DNA of 63,369 bases, counting the filler, from Nemertoderma westbladi (lineage: Eukaryota; Animalia; Xenacoelomorpha): the NCBI GenBank assembly GCA_032718475.1. It is 3 parts of 3 records of this genome, joined end to end, with 100 filler letters (N's around TTAATTAATTAA, not from the genome) between each part and the next. Parts side by side here need not be neighbours in the genome. Positions count along the whole stretch, not along the records: positions 1 to 28,230 come from JAUCBJ010003723.1; positions 28,331 to 52,228 come from JAUCBJ010003001.1; 1 more part is not named here. The stretch is one strand, 5' to 3'. This document shows, in pieces, positions 23,062-36,823 of this stretch. Position numbers and translations under genes: made by a program. Within the stretch, counting starts at the first letter, position 1. Each line of letters begins with the position of its first letter. Below the pieces are notes generated by a model. It was not told the origin of the DNA and made no database searches. It saw only the letters and a program-made list of their open reading frames with translations.

Positions 23062-24339
23062 ATGGAATTGGAACCTGCTGTCCCAGCAGGTACTCTTCGT
23101 TATAGCATATTCGGCGATAAATCAAACGAGTTCTATAAGGATCCTCTAAGTTTTGTTCAATCTCGAACAGCGCTTTACGGAAGGTCAATATTCCTAGAAA
23201 GATTCCTAACCAAACCAACTGTCTTCATTACCGATTACGCATCGGTGAAGGAACTTCTTATTGATAAATCAAGATCATTTTCTTTCGGTTACAAACAGTT
23301 TCTAAGTCATGTTTACGAGGATAACATTGTATTTACGAATGGAGATGTTGCCTCAGAAATTCGTGGTAGCATGAAGGGTTTATTCGATGCAGATAAAATA
23401 GCATCTTATCATGAAAAACATATCCAACCAATTATAAACAAGTTGTTAAGAAACGCAACTTACCTCAATGAAACTCCAGCTTATACTAGTATGAAGTACC
23501 TTTCTACAAACATTTGTCTCGCGACTTTTTTAGGACTTGACGAAAACAGCCGCAATAACGACAATACGAGTGCAATAAACGAGGTCTCGAAACTAGCTAC
23601 CACTCATTGGCACGGTATCATATCCGTCCCCGTCAACCTGAAACTACCGTTTACCGGAATCAGTAATTGGTACGCAAAAAGCGTCGAGGCAAGGAAATCT
23701 TTGTCGGAAATCGCCGCGGCGAAAATTAAAAGTGCAAATAAGGAAAGTTGCCCATTTCTTGCGAGTTTGCGTGATAAGGTAGGAAGTCAATCAGCTGTTC
23801 AGCACAGTTTGCTGTTTATTTCGTCTCTTATACCGAAAGCTTTAGCTTCTATTCTTACATCATTCCTCGTTGTAACTTCTCAGAATATGGAACTGCAAGT
23901 TCGATGTCTGGATAACCCAAATCTTATAAACTGTGTGATTAAGGAAGTTTGTCGGATGTGGCCGCCTTTTGTAGGAGGTAGACGTATAGCCTTAGAGGAC
24001 GTAACCCTTGGTGGTTACCTAGTTACTAAGGGTCAGCCGGTTGTTTACGTTTCGCACCGGGCGCATAGAGACCGCTCTGTATTCCGGGATCCAGACACGT
24101 TTATCCCGGAGCGATGGCTGGACGACAGCGCCGATATATTTACCTTCGGGTTGGGAGAGAGATCGTGTTTAGGGTTCGATTTGGTGGAGTTTGTTTTGGT
24201 TTCGGTTTTGACACAGTTACTCCAGTTGTACACATGGCGGCCTGTCTGCGACGACTTCGATGGCAACGTCGTCTATAAATGGCTCCCAATTTCTCGACCG
24301 AAAAATGATTTTCTTCTTAAATTTACTTCTAGAGAATAA
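23062..24339 (+). CDS. Cytochrome P450, intronless, CYP26/CYP120-like (possibly CYP16-type)
   Basis: ExxR (KEVCRMWPP), PERF (FIPERW) and haem motif FGLGERSCLG; 425 aa; CATCATGG start context. Confidence 0.93.
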   Translation: MELEPAVPAGTLRYSIFGDKSNEFYKDPLSFVQSRTALYGRSIFLERFLTKPTVFITDYASVKELLIDKSRSFSFGYKQFLSHVYEDNIVFTNGDVASEIRGSMKGLFDADKIASYHEKHIQPIINKLLRNATYLNETPAYTSMKYLSTNICLATFLGLDENSRNNDNTSAINEVSKLATTHWHGIISVPVNLKLPFTGISNWYAKSVEARKSLSEIAAAKIKSANKESCPFLASLRDKVGSQSAVQHSLLFISSLIPKALASILTSFLVVTSQNMELQVRCLDNPNLINCVIKEVCRMWPPFVGGRRIALEDVTLGGYLVTKGQPVVYVSHRAHRDRSVFRDPDTFIPERWLDDSADIFTFGLGERSCLGFDLVEFVLVSVLTQLLQLYTWRPVCDDFDGNVVYKWLPISRPKNDFLLKFTSRE

Positions 24340-26117
24340 CTATTCTATATAAATATTTAATCAATTAGAGTCACACAGCAAATCATTTTCACTGCATTCA
24401 TCTTCATTCCATATGTAAATTTCTCACTCTAGTCGATTTATATTTATATGTAATTTTTATATATTTAATTTTATATAATTTTGCCTATTTGCTGTGATCA
24501 AAATAATCTATCATTATTATCTTAAGAGGTCATATCATTTCTTTTGAATGAATGATGAATTAATTTTTAAGTCGTTTTATATGTATAGAAGCACGACGTA
24601 GTTTATTACTAATTGATTTGAAAGTGTTCAGCAGAATTTAAACAGATTAGAATGTTAGGGATTTTCCAACCGGTCTTGCTGCTGTCAGGATCCTTATTTT
24701 TGGGATCTGAAATTCTATTTTCGTTAAGTTTAAAGTTTAGCGGAATAAAAATACGAAACGGAATTTTTCACAACATTATATCACTTAATTTCACACTGCT
24801 TATTTATATATATATTTAGTGAGTGTATATTTAGTAAATTTTTTTTTTTCACAATTTATACATGGGGATTAGATTTTTGGACGGGATCCCGTTATATTTA
24901 GGGCCCTGTCCTAAATGTCGGGATTTGGATCGGGGGTTATTGTTTCGCCTTAATCCGGGAACATATAAACATTGTTAATAAATAAATAAATAAAGCATTA
25001 TATACTTACGTGCTCTGAATTTTGCTTATCAGACAAGATACACATTGTACCGGTTTATGAAATATGAATAGTTAATATTTTGTTACAATGTAAGTTATGT
25101 ATATTAATAATAATAAACAATGTAACATAAACTGTTACATTGTGTCACGATGGTTTGATTTTTTAGTTTATAAATAATAATTTACTGCAGCTATAATGAA
25201 ATGTACTTATATGACACCTACAAACCCCAGTGACCTCGATGGTTTATTACTTAAATCAGACAATTATTTTTGTTTTTAGCTGTTTTTTGTTTTTAGCTGT
25301 TTTTTACGTAATTTAACTGTTTTGAACTTTGTGGTGTATCGTGTATCCAATTTGTTTGTCTGCAGTTTGTAAATTTCATAAGCTGAAAGATATTCCGTTT
25401 TTTTTACTGAACCTTACATGGGAGTACCGGTATAGTAAATGTTATTGTGTTAGAATAAGTATAAAAGCGGAAAAAAACGTTTTTTCCACTCATTGTCTTT
25501 TAACGAAGTTCAGATATTCTGTCCTCGTGTGTTACGTTTTCCACTCGTTGGCTATCTAGTACTGTTTTCCGCTTACTCTGTTTTAATCGAATAATACTAA
25601 TAGTCCTTTCCTGAAAATTGCCGAATTTTACACGATTCCATTTCACAAAACTTTAATTCAATGCACCATAGGCAGGATTTGGAATTGTTTTTTTTTCAAC
25701 TGCTAATTTTTTTTTGTTTCGTAGTTTTTTAAGTAAAACAGTTTTTTTTTATTGTTTTTTGTTTTTGGATTTAATATATATATATAATTATATACATAAT
25801 GAAATGATTATAATTTTCACATTTGATTTTTAAGTTAGAAAATAAATTATTGATTGAGTTGATTTGCTAGATAGTTCGGAAATTTAAACAGTCGATCGGT
25901 TTCACCATATCTTTTCGTTTCTTCACACCGCTACACTTTTCATTCCAAAACAAATTAGCAGATATTTCTCGAAATGTTCAATTATTTAAATTATTGTGGG
26001 CTTTGTTAGGTCAGAGCATCAGAAAGTACAATTTTACAAAATATCTGACCAATTGTCAGTTTTTTCTGTACTAGAAATATTCGTGCTTTAGAACAAAGTT
26101 CCAAAGATTTGCCCAAG

Positions 26118-26802
26118 TAAGTTCTACTTTTTTTCCCATGTAATAAATAATTATTATTCTTAAATTGTTACTTTTTCGCTCGAATTTAGACCAAAATCGG
26201 GAGAAAAGTAACCTATACGATTGCATTGACTTTACTTTTTTTCCCGGCGAAAAAAGTAAAATAAATTATTTTTGGTGGAATTTCTTAAATGTTATTAAAT
26301 ATTTTCGAAAGAGCATCGACGTAGAAATGGTTTGCACGTAATTTGAGCAAAATCCGTTCACACATTCAAAAGTTACTGCAACTTTAGTGTCTCTGCGCGG
26401 CGTCTCCAAAACGGAACTCAATACCCAATATTGGTTTATGTAGTTAAGCGGCTCTCTAGTTACGTAACTAATATTCGAGAACACTAAATTATATATCATT
26501 GAATAAGGCAGCATCACGAGTTGAAGAGTTCAGTAATTTAAATTGCAGTAACTATGGAAGCAATATAGTATAATACTATAGTCCAATTTATTTTGTACCA
26601 CTATATCTCTGTACGTTTTATTAAAGAATTAAACAACAAAAAAGTACCAATTTAATAATAAAATTACGTATTACATGGGAAAAAAACGTATAATTTTTTT
26701 TCAATATTCTCACGACCCTTTATTAACCTCGCTGACGCTCGGTAAATAAAATGCATCGAGAATAGTGATAAAAAGTTCTACTTTTTTCCCATGTAATAAA
26801 TA
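26118..26802. mobile_element. Crypton-like non-autonomous element
   Basis: AAGTTCTACTTTTTTCCCATGTAATAAATA at about 26118 recurs at about 26772 as one arm of a terminal palindrome (26670-26800) centred on CTCGCTGACGCTCG. Confidence 0.5.
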
Positions 26803-28230
26803 ATTAATATTGTTTAGAATAGAGAGATACAACAATATTTTTCTGAAATGTCATTTTTCTGAATTTAGTGAAAACTGAATAATGGAATTAATAACTGAAG
26901 TTTTCTGGTTTGGTTTTTGAAATGTTTTACTAAAGTTCTCCATTTCAGTACTTATTTACAATATTTACCTAGAATATTAAATACTTTAGTAAAGTTTAGT
27001 ATCTTGTATTGTGTAGAGTATGGGGGAAAATTGTTAATGATGAGTTAACAATTCAAGCTTTAAATTCAAATCATTAATCAAAAAAATACCATAAAATCAT
27101 TTACAAACGCAATTAGTCATACATTAAAGGCAAGGAGCAGGTTACAGTAGCACGTGATACTAACCAAAACAATAAACAAAAGTCGAATTTAGTTTAATTT
27201 TTTCCCGTAATCAATCAGCTGTTATTTGCGTTGATTTTCGCTTGGGGAGGGATTCATTTTGATTCCCCCCCCCCCCCCCCCCCTCCCTTTAGGGTAGAAT
27301 TATAATTGTTTGGTATGATGTAGACTATTATTTTTTTGTGTGTATAGTAGAGTAGAATCATATTTATTTGTGAAGATTAGAATAATAGTTATTTGGTAGT
27401 TATAGAGTAGAATAATTATAAATTATAACCGAATTATAGAGGTGATTAACAGTAGTATTACGGACATTTGGTTAATAGTAGTGCAGAGCTGTACAGCCGT
27501 AAACGCCATCTACCAGACCATCATACATCTAAAACAGTCTGAACGTCGGGAAGTTGTATGGGGCGGGATTGCAGTGGTCTGTACTGTAGGGCCGACGAAA
27601 ATGTGCAAGGTCGTCCTCCGATGCCAAAACTCGCGAATATAAACAGAACTAATTCGGATAGTCGAAGGGGCAACTAACTTAACGAACCCAAATCGAAACA
27701 CGAGCTGAGAATGATAAAATTACGTATTATATGGAAATACAATATTTTGATACCCCCCCTATCTAAACACAATGTAATGCATAATTGACATCCCTTTCGG
27801 ATACCCGTTCACTTACATATCTGAGCAACGCATATAATACAACGCAATTATTTTATTTCCATGTATAATAATAATATAATATATGTATGAATATAGTAAT
27901 ATTTAGAATAGAGTTGAATATTAATCATATTTATTTGGTGTGGCAATTGTATCTTCAATCTATTCAATGCAATATATTTAATATATTTGGTGCACTTTTA
28001 TTTATATTCGGTGTTTGGTAGCCCTAACTTTCGTGTGTCGCTGCTTGTATGAGTCAATAGATGGCCATATTAATTTATACTTGCCAATACATTTTATAGA
28101 TTCACAATGCTACCAAGAAACGATGGAGCGAACCAGCTAGGTACTCGTCTCTACTGCAACCCCCGTTGCGCTCGTCCTGTACATTAGGGTGGCCCAGAAA
28201 CAAATTTGTAAATTCGTGGCTACCCGCCCC

Positions 28231-28330
28231 NNNNNNNNNNNNNNNNNNNNNNNNNNNNNNNNNNNNNNNNNNNNTTAATTAATTAANNNNNNNNNNNNNN
28301 NNNNNNNNNNNNNNNNNNNNNNNNNNNNNN
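28231..28330. other. Artificial contig linker
   Basis: 44 N + TTAATTAATTAA (stops in all six frames) + 44 N. Confidence 0.97.
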
Positions 28331-28977
28331 CATACAATTACAATTAATACAATTAATTATGGCTAACTGAAAGGGACCGCTGTTTTTTACTGCCAGATTA
28401 ACGCAAACTGAAAGAATCACTCATTGATATTTTGGGATGTTTTCGTTTATCTATAATGGATATTATTTACACTTTCTTATATAGGCTCTCGTGCTGCGCG
28501 ACAGCCTATAGTGTACTGAAACTATCCTCCAACCCAACCCCCACACCCATATCTATTTTTTATTAGGTAACAATTTCTAACAATGTAGTTAATATATTCC
28601 CTAATATTGTTCAATGCATAAACTACCGAAATACTAACTTAGTAACAATAAGGTTCAAGAATACGTCTTGAGTATTAATTCTCCATTGATGATATCCAAT
28701 TACTGGTATGTTAAATGTAAGATTATTTACAATTGTTCAGAACACATAAAAGTTGACAAATAGTAACAGAATTGCGTACATAATTATAAGGGGGGGGGGG
28801 GGGGGGCTATTCAGTTCATCATTTAAGACCCTTGTTTATTTATTTAAACCACCCTCGCTGCGCTCGTTCGGTACGTAAATACACTCGGGGCATGAAGCTG
28901 CACCCAATGTTGTACATCGTTATTATTTACAAGAATTGTCCATTTGCTTTTACATCATGAGTTGGTAACTTGTTCTG

Positions 28978-30243
28978 TTATTCATTAACGTAGTGACAGA
29001 AACATAAGCAAATCAAGGCGATTACAAACGGCAGTCCAATAAGACTAAGTATCGAGGATGCAACTTGGAACCCTATGAGATCATTTATTAGACCCCCAAA
29101 CGCTGCCCCCACTATGTAACCAACAGAGTAAGATATTCTAAGTCCCTGTTGTAGGACAGCACGTGTATCTACGTTGTCTGCGTAACCGCAGATGTTCACG
29201 GCCAGTCGAGCTTGTGAATCAAATGCCGGAACAAAAAAGATTCCAGCACCGGTTCCAAGTAACGACATTCCAATAAGAGAAATAGTTAAGGAATATGGAA
29301 TACCGAGGGTTTCAGTTGGCCCTATTAGGTGCATGGATGCTGACATTAATATTATTCCTATTATAGTTGGGTAAACTGTAGTCAATCTATTCAGCAAAAC
29401 GGTGAACAACAAGCTAATAGAGCTTTGGAGTACAGGATAAATCATAAAATAGAGACCTATGTTGTATTGTGTTGCATGGTAGTAGCTATGGACGTAAGCC
29501 GCATAGTTAGCCATAATAAAATAATTCATAATGGATCCAAATAATTCCAGAATATATATAACTGTAATTCCTGGGTTCCTGAGTATACCAATATATGTTG
29601 GCCGATCTTCCGAGTTTGCGCATCTATCGTGGAGATGGTCAGGTGCCTCGAACCAAATGTAAAGAACGATTATGAGAAACATCAAACCAGAAATTACAAA
29701 AGGATATTCAAACCCCAACGCCACATAAACGGCTGAACCGAACATTGGCGAAAGGGTATACCCCAGGGAACCAAATATAAGAATTATACCACTTAAAAAA
29801 CTTCTATGGTTTGGCATCAACTCCACCAATAAATTGTAGGAATACGTATAACTTATGTTGAGACCTATGCCTTCAATTATTCGAAGCAAAAAACACGCGA
29901 AAATATACAACCCAAACTCATTTATGGCTATATATTCCACAAATCCAAATGCCAATTGCGAGATTGATCCTATAACTCCGAACACTCCCATAGAAATTCT
30001 GGTCCCCCAGTTACTAATGGCATGTGGGCAAACAATATAGATCAACAGTCTGACTAGAGCGAAGGCGGAGAGTAGAGCGCCAATCATTGTGTTAGACCAC
30101 CCCCGTTGTTGGACGACAATAGGAAAGAACGACTCCATTAGATTGGTACACCAACCCGGGATTAATTGGAAAGCTATAAGGAAACCAACCAACGAGAAGA
30201 ATCTCCATCCTCGTACAACAATCTCGGTCTCATTTGTTGTCAT
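28978..30243 (-). CDS. SLC18B1: MFS transporter, SLC18B1-like, intronless
   Basis: 421 aa with about 12 hydrophobic segments; SFFP, LRIIEGIG, GYTLSPMFGSAVY..LGFEYPF and G.IVGAAFGG motifs. The MFS call is firm; the subfamily is less certain. Confidence 0.8.
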   Translation of the reverse strand: MTTNETEIVVRGWRFFSLVGFLIAFQLIPGWCTNLMESFFPIVVQQRGWSNTMIGALLSAFALVRLLIYIVCPHAISNWGTRISMGVFGVIGSISQLAFGFVEYIAINEFGLYIFACFLLRIIEGIGLNISYTYSYNLLVELMPNHRSFLSGIILIFGSLGYTLSPMFGSAVYVALGFEYPFVISGLMFLIIVLYIWFEAPDHLHDRCANSEDRPTYIGILRNPGITVIYILELFGSIMNYFIMANYAAYVHSYYHATQYNIGLYFMIYPVLQSSISLLFTVLLNRLTTVYPTIIGIILMSASMHLIGPTETLGIPYSLTISLIGMSLLGTGAGIFFVPAFDSQARLAVNICGYADNVDTRAVLQQGLRISYSVGYIVGAAFGGLINDLIGFQVASSILSLIGLPFVIALICLCFCHYVNE

Positions 30244-31294
30244 TATTTAATTAAATTATTATATATATATATACTGTTTACCAATTTTTCAATAAATTGA
30301 CTATGTTGGTGTTTCTCAAGTAATACGCGCAAAATTGATACGTACAACAGTATCTTGGAATACAAATCACTGATATATATAGAGCAAAAATAGAATACAA
30401 TTATAAATATAATATTAATATATATTAGAAAGTTGAATACAAGCTATTTATTTCAGTAATATTTAGGCAATTAATATTAATAGTTTGCAATATTAACAAA
30501 CTAACTCAATAAAGAATTGGTTCAATTCGAAGAATTAGAACGAAACTAAAACATGTGTTCTGCGCCATAAAAACGTCAACTACTGTACCAATATATAAAA
30601 GAGAGAGGTACCCGCCTGTTTCTTGGTTCATCAATATCAGGAAGAGGTACCGCTTGCTGTTTCTTGGTTTTAATTCGTTCCAGTTGGAACTTGGCAGCCC
30701 CCCAAAAGGTAATGCTAGCAATTAATAGGAAAATATTCAACTGTTTTTACAGTTTACAACCCCCCCCCCCCCCCCCCCCCCCTCCCACCCCCTCCAACGA
30801 ATATTGTTCAAATCTGCTAAACCTTGTCGTTCCCCCAAAGTTAATTATGGCGTGACGACAAACAAACAGACCATATTTTATTTCGCAAATAAATATCCAA
30901 TTAATATTAATATAATATTTATTTAAATTTTTATAATCCGACTCACTTATATAATAATATATACTACTCGCTCACATAAGCGCAAACCAGACTATCTGGC
31001 ATTTATTGTTAAAAATTGTAACAATTATACGATTATGGGTTAAATAAACTATTATAAAATCATAGTAAAACTATCAAGATCACTATCACTACTAAATTAT
31101 TGAATAAAAATAGAAGTCATTAGTTGTCGAAAATAAAGCTTATAAATGGCACCAGTAAATTATACAATCAATGTGGGATACGGTTAGTATAGTATAAGGG
31201 ACGACACGTTATATATAAACATTAATTAAAATAGTTATCGCGACATATATATATATGTATACTGTTCGAATTAACACCAGTTACGAGTATTCGA

Positions 31295-34000
31295 TTATGT
31301 TTTAAAAGTTACTCCATGCAGATCATAGCTGTTCTTTACGAAATTAGCACAAATTATGTCGTTAAGTGAGTTATTATTGTTGCCAGTTTGAAATCCTGTC
31401 ATAAGTGCAAGTTTGTCATATTCACATGTTAGTATTGACCACGTAAAAGGGATTTGGTACGTTTCCTTTGCTCGTCTGTAGGTGCTCATAAGGCCCCTGT
31501 ATAACGTACGGGATGTCGCGTTATCCAAAGCGATATATCGGAAACTAGTTTGTAGGGTGAATATAGGGCATCTAAGTATTTGCAATGATGTTGAAACGGC
31601 GCTACGATAGGCCATGGTGCTAAGAGGCAACATGTTCAGGAGCTCGTATAATGTGTCGTTGTTCATATAGACTCCAACGTGCAGAAGTCGGCGTAGAGCC
31701 TGTCTAGGCTGAATCAATACGAGATATGTCATTCTTGCTCAGGCTACCGATCGTGTACTTTAGCTTGTATGTCAAGCTTGGGATAACAAGTGACTTCCAG
31801 AGATATGATAATGTTTCGGTATCTAACCATTGCGATGTACACCCCTTTTGTTGAAAAATTCCTCCCAATTTCCATATGTGATGAGTGCACTCTGCGGCGG
31901 CGTGTGCGCTGGTTTTGTTGGATGAAAGAGTGTAGCCCAGGAACTCGATTGTCTGACTTTCTGCTATTAGCTGTCCATTAATACTGAGGAAACACGGTAT
32001 GTAAGTGTTAGTGTTAACTTCGCTGTACATCCAGTGACATTTAGAGTTTCAGACAGTTTAGACATTCAATTTCCTATTTAGTAGTATGGCTAAAAGAAAT
32101 ACATCGTCAGCATACATTATGCAGCCAAATCAGATATCGTTGATCATGCACCCCAGTCCGGATTCAGTTAGTGGCTGCATGACGCTGATGGTATAAAAAT
32201 TAAATAAACAGGGTGACAGTAATGATCCTTGCATGATCCCTCTGGGCATATTTATGCCAACCGTGTCAATCCGATTACCAAACTTTAGGTACACCATGGC
32301 GATGCTGTAGTAGTGAACCAGTAGATGGCCTCGCATCCCACTTGTTCTTCGGAAGGACATTCTCAAGGAAACCCTTGTATATTATACGCTAGAGTACCTT
32401 TGCTAATAGACATATGCTAGCAATCGGTCTATAAGAGTTAGTTCTCATGGGATCCTTCCTCTTCCCTTTGTATAAACTTGTTGTGATAGTTGCTCCAAAA
32501 ACATCCGGTACCATGCCGATACGTATACATGCATTATACATAGTTTCTAAGAGGTGACTAGTGTTGAGAACTGTAACTATAATTATACTGTAACTGAAAC
32601 TGAATGATTTTCATAATTTTAATTAAATTAGGAAAAATTGATTCAATTCTCAACACTAGGTGACCATAGTCTCGGGGTTGGCAGATAAAAGGTGCTCCAC
32701 TGTTATAGAATTGAGGTCCGGCGACTCCCTACCGATAAAGATAATATAGATTTCCTTATAGTTTCTTCAGATATGGTAGGTACGGTATGGTATGGTAATA
32801 TTCTTGCAAAATTATCGGTGATGTTGGTAGTGCCAGTAACGTTTCTTGTAATTCAGTCCCTATATGACTGACGTATTTGATCCTGAATCTGAGTTGGCGG
32901 TGTGCTTGGAATACAATTGTTTGAAAATTTTCGCCAGAAACCCTTTGGGTTTCTCTTCAGCTTGTGTGTTACTTCACTGACTGATAATCCTATAATTTTT
33001 AGTTATCCTTTTCTTTTTGATTACATTAATAGTTTCAAGTGCTGATTTGTGTAATGCAGAGTTAATGTTGTTGGCAAGAGTATTGAGGTCGTCCATGGTG
33101 TCGATAGCGATTGATGCCATCCACTCAGATAATTTTCTAAGGTTCGACAAGAACTGGTCTTTCTGCTTTTTTGATGCGCTTCTCCAATTAAATCGTGTAG
33201 GCGTCTGTTTTATAGCAGTTTTTCCCGCAAACTCTTCCTTTACAGCATCACAGTTGATTGAAATCACGATTGGTAAATGATCAGAAAAGTTATCTGCTTC
33301 ATCGTATGATGTATCCCCTTATGACTTTAAATGGTCCGTTGATTGGCATCACAATGTGGTCGATATAATTCCGATGACCACCCCCAATATAGGATATGCT
33401 GGTCCTGTCACATCGTCAAGTGTGTCTATAGCTGTAACATTGTAGTTTAGTAGGAAATTGTTCAGAATTAGGCCGCGATCTGTTGCATTGAGTCTATGAA
33501 ATCATGGTCCTTGTTCTGACCCTAAGTCCGCGTTAGCATCCATGATAATAATAGGGATTGCCACTGGGTACATAGTGATTAAAGCAGTAAGCCGACCAAG
33601 GTACTCATTATAACTTTGAATGTTTTTGTTAGAGTCTGGTGCATAGCCTGAAAGTAGAACTCGAACATTGCCAGTGTCACCGATTATTCCAACAATGTCG
33701 TCCCCAGTAACGACTTTGGCCCAGTTACATACTTTATCTTTCCGGAACGCCAAAGCTACCGCTACCCCTCCAGCACCTCCAACCCTATTAGGGTTGTTCA
33801 TTAGATCGCTAGAAGAGTAGACGAGCTCCAAGTTTTCATTGAAGCTCTATAGCATCCATCCAGTGCTCCTGAATTCCAATGACATCGCATACTTCAAGCA
33901 GTTTGTCTATCTGATCGATGCTACTCGAGTACCCATGGCAGTTATAAGATCCTAAGGTAAGTTTTGCTTTAAGAGATTTATAATCCGTGCTGTCAGTACC
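31295..34000 (-). pseudogene. Degenerate non-LTR retrotransposon (APE endonuclease + reverse transcriptase)
   Basis: LGSYNCHG, IGIQEHW, MDANA and SDHLPI (APE); QGSLLSPCLFNFY, MYADD at about 32104-32118 and FLGY (RT); many stops and frameshifts. Confidence 0.9.
32559..32658. mobile_element. 100-bp mini-MITE inserted in the LINE
   Basis: TAGTGTTGAGAA / TTCTCAACACTA termini flanked by the direct repeat GGTGAC. Confidence 0.6.
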
Positions 34001-34290
34001 AGTGTTATTATTCGCGGCAGAGTCAAACAGCTCAACTGGGTATTCACAGCATCTCAAAGGTAAATGAGACAGTTTCCCTAGCCAAGGCATCCATGACCCA
34101 CCGTCAGTAAAAGTACCTATGAGTTTTACTGTTTATCTGAGGAAAGCGTATATGAACGGGTTCAAACCCCAGCCCCGTATATTCCCCCCCCCCCCCCCCC
34201 CCCCCCGATCTGTAGGTAACGGGTTCAATACCCAGCCCTTCATTTTTCCCGCTGCCTGATTAAAACATTTATAATATCTTCTCCTTGCAG

Positions 34291-34476
34291 GTTCAGCAGA
34301 TTAGTAAAGAACAGAACTACCAGCGGTTCCGAGAGAAAAGGTTCCGCGAGACATCCGAGTCAACCAATAGGAGGGTGTTCTATTGGGCGGCTCTACAGCT
34401 GGTCATCCTGTCAGCCACAGGTTTCTGGCAGATGAGACATCTAAAAGGTTTCTTCGAAGCGAAAAAACTCGTATAG
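34291..34476 (+). CDS. TMED9: Last exon of a p24-alpha protein (TMED4/TMED9)
   Basis: Acceptor CTTCTCCTTGCAG at 34290; [27 protein letters not shown]...[15 protein letters not shown]; AATAAA at about 34510 and 34527. Confidence 0.92.
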   Translation, partial: VQQISKEQNYQRFREKRFRETSESTNRRVFYWAALQLVILSATGFWQMRHLKGFFEAKKLV

Positions 34477-36063
34477 AATATGTTATTTGCAGACGAGGAA
34501 CTTAATGTTAATAAAATAGTTATCTAATAAAGTTTATTTTTCTTGATATTATTTTTGAATATTTGCACACTCTACATGTTATTTACAAGTAAATTTCTTG
34601 TTTCTTTATATCGTGTATGATGTTTTCATTATAGAGTTACAGCTGTAAAGTGATTTGCAGTTTATTGTTTTTGAGCTGCCTTACGGGGTGAGTATAGTGG
34701 TTGGAGGCGCCTGATCTTTGGCGATGTTAAATGGGATGAATTTTAGTATCGAATTTAGCGGATTTGTTTGCGGTACCATTGATATATTATGTAGGAAGAG
34801 GTACGGTATTACAATAACCCAATATTAGATGTGCACTGCACACATTCGAACCCTTCTCCAAATAAATGGACAGGTACCCTGTCATCTATACTCGCCTAGT
34901 TGGAATTCAGTTCCAAATAAAACCGACACATACGCCCACATAAAGGTACCAGGCCGGCCAACCTGGTCCGCATTGGTCCTCATAGTTAGCGATAACCTGG
35001 AGTACCGCAATACTGAAAGAATACTTAGCACTATATTTCCTTTAGTTAAATAGTTTCATTGTGTATTTCAGACGGATATGCCCCGAATAGTATAAAACAC
35101 GAAATACTCTAGATTCTCATTGTTAATGCCTCCAACACGGCACATTAAAAATACCTCAATTATAATAGCTAATTAAATCCACAACAAAATGATTGGTTTT
35201 TCACTTGAACCGGTAAATAAACTTTCATATAAGATCTAAACGTATAGCGGCCAAGTATATTTAACGAATCTATTGGATATTAATTACAGTTAATAATATT
35301 ATTATGATAAAGGGGTTTTCTTTAGAAGTTTAGTGTCACCTAAATCTACATAAAACATTCACACAATACGCTACTAAAACACAACAGAGGTACGGAAATA
35401 TACTTACTGAATCGTAAAAGGTGAATAATGAAACATTGGTGGTTACGAGATTAAACACTATTAATATGGGTTGGTAGGCGAGGATAGAGGAGTGGTTCTG
35501 GTTAGTGTCGCCTAAAAGTCTACAAAATATCAGAGTTGTCGGCTACATACTGTACAAACGTTAGGAACTTACTAACGAAACTGTAATAACAATAATTTGT
35601 TGCCTTTCTACAGTTAAATAATGTGTCAGATTATATGACTATGACATCATTGACTTACATTATTTTATTATTACAGTTTAATTTACAGTTTTTGTAGGGG
35701 ATAGGAGGAAGGAGGAAAAAAAGGTGCGAAAGTTAATATAATGTATCGTTTCGCTTCCAGGAAGTCAAATAAAGTAGATGTATGAATGAATACTTGGAGA
35801 GTTAAATACTATATTCCATTATATAACTTAAAAGTACAATAATAATTATAAAGCGACATTTTTTTAAATTAAAATTAGAATAATCGTTGAGGACTTTTTG
35901 TATATCTCGATAGTAAAGTGAGTGGTTGTATCTGGTGTGGGTGGGGTCTGTTCGTTGTTGTATAGTGGTAACAGACACAGTTGGGGTATCCAAGGAACCC
36001 GGTGTAGTGAGTTACAGGTTCCCGTACAGGGTGACCCCACCCCCCGGTGTAGGTCGTTGGTTT

Positions 36064-36459
<396 letters not shown>

Positions 36460-36647
36460 TTATTTTAAACTCAGTTAGCTAAATAATAAATAATGAAAGC
36501 AAAAATAACAATCGCGCGAAATCCCCCCCCCCCCCCCCCCCATAAGTCTGCGTATAATAATAAGCGAACTGTATCTTGGGTGACTGATTTACTACCAAGA
36601 ATAATTAGTAAACACCCCCCCTCCCCCTTGCTTTTACAACAACTAAC

Positions 36648-36823
36648 CCTTCCATGACGAGTTGATGGGCCCGAGCTATAAGTTGCACGCCGTTGCTATG
36701 GTTGAACGTTTCCGATATATCCATGCCGAATGTGTAGCCGGCACCGCGGGGAGAAATACCCCAGCCGCCGCGGTCGTCTGGGTCGGACCACAGCAGATCG
36801 CACATCGGCCCTTCGTGTGGCAC
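36648..36823 (-). CDS. PPP2CA: PP2A catalytic subunit, exon 3
   Basis: [17 protein letters not shown]...RAHQLVMEG; TTTAG acceptor; GTTAGT donor in phase 2, matching exon 4. Confidence 0.97.

Noticed and set aside
27442-27710. GC-richer island, tested as an upstream TMED or other exon
   Set aside because: No recognisable peptide in the frames I read, and it lies on a different contig from TMED.
28275-28286. TTAATTAATTAA palindrome inside N runs (also 52273-52284)
   Set aside because: Synthetic six-frame stop linker.
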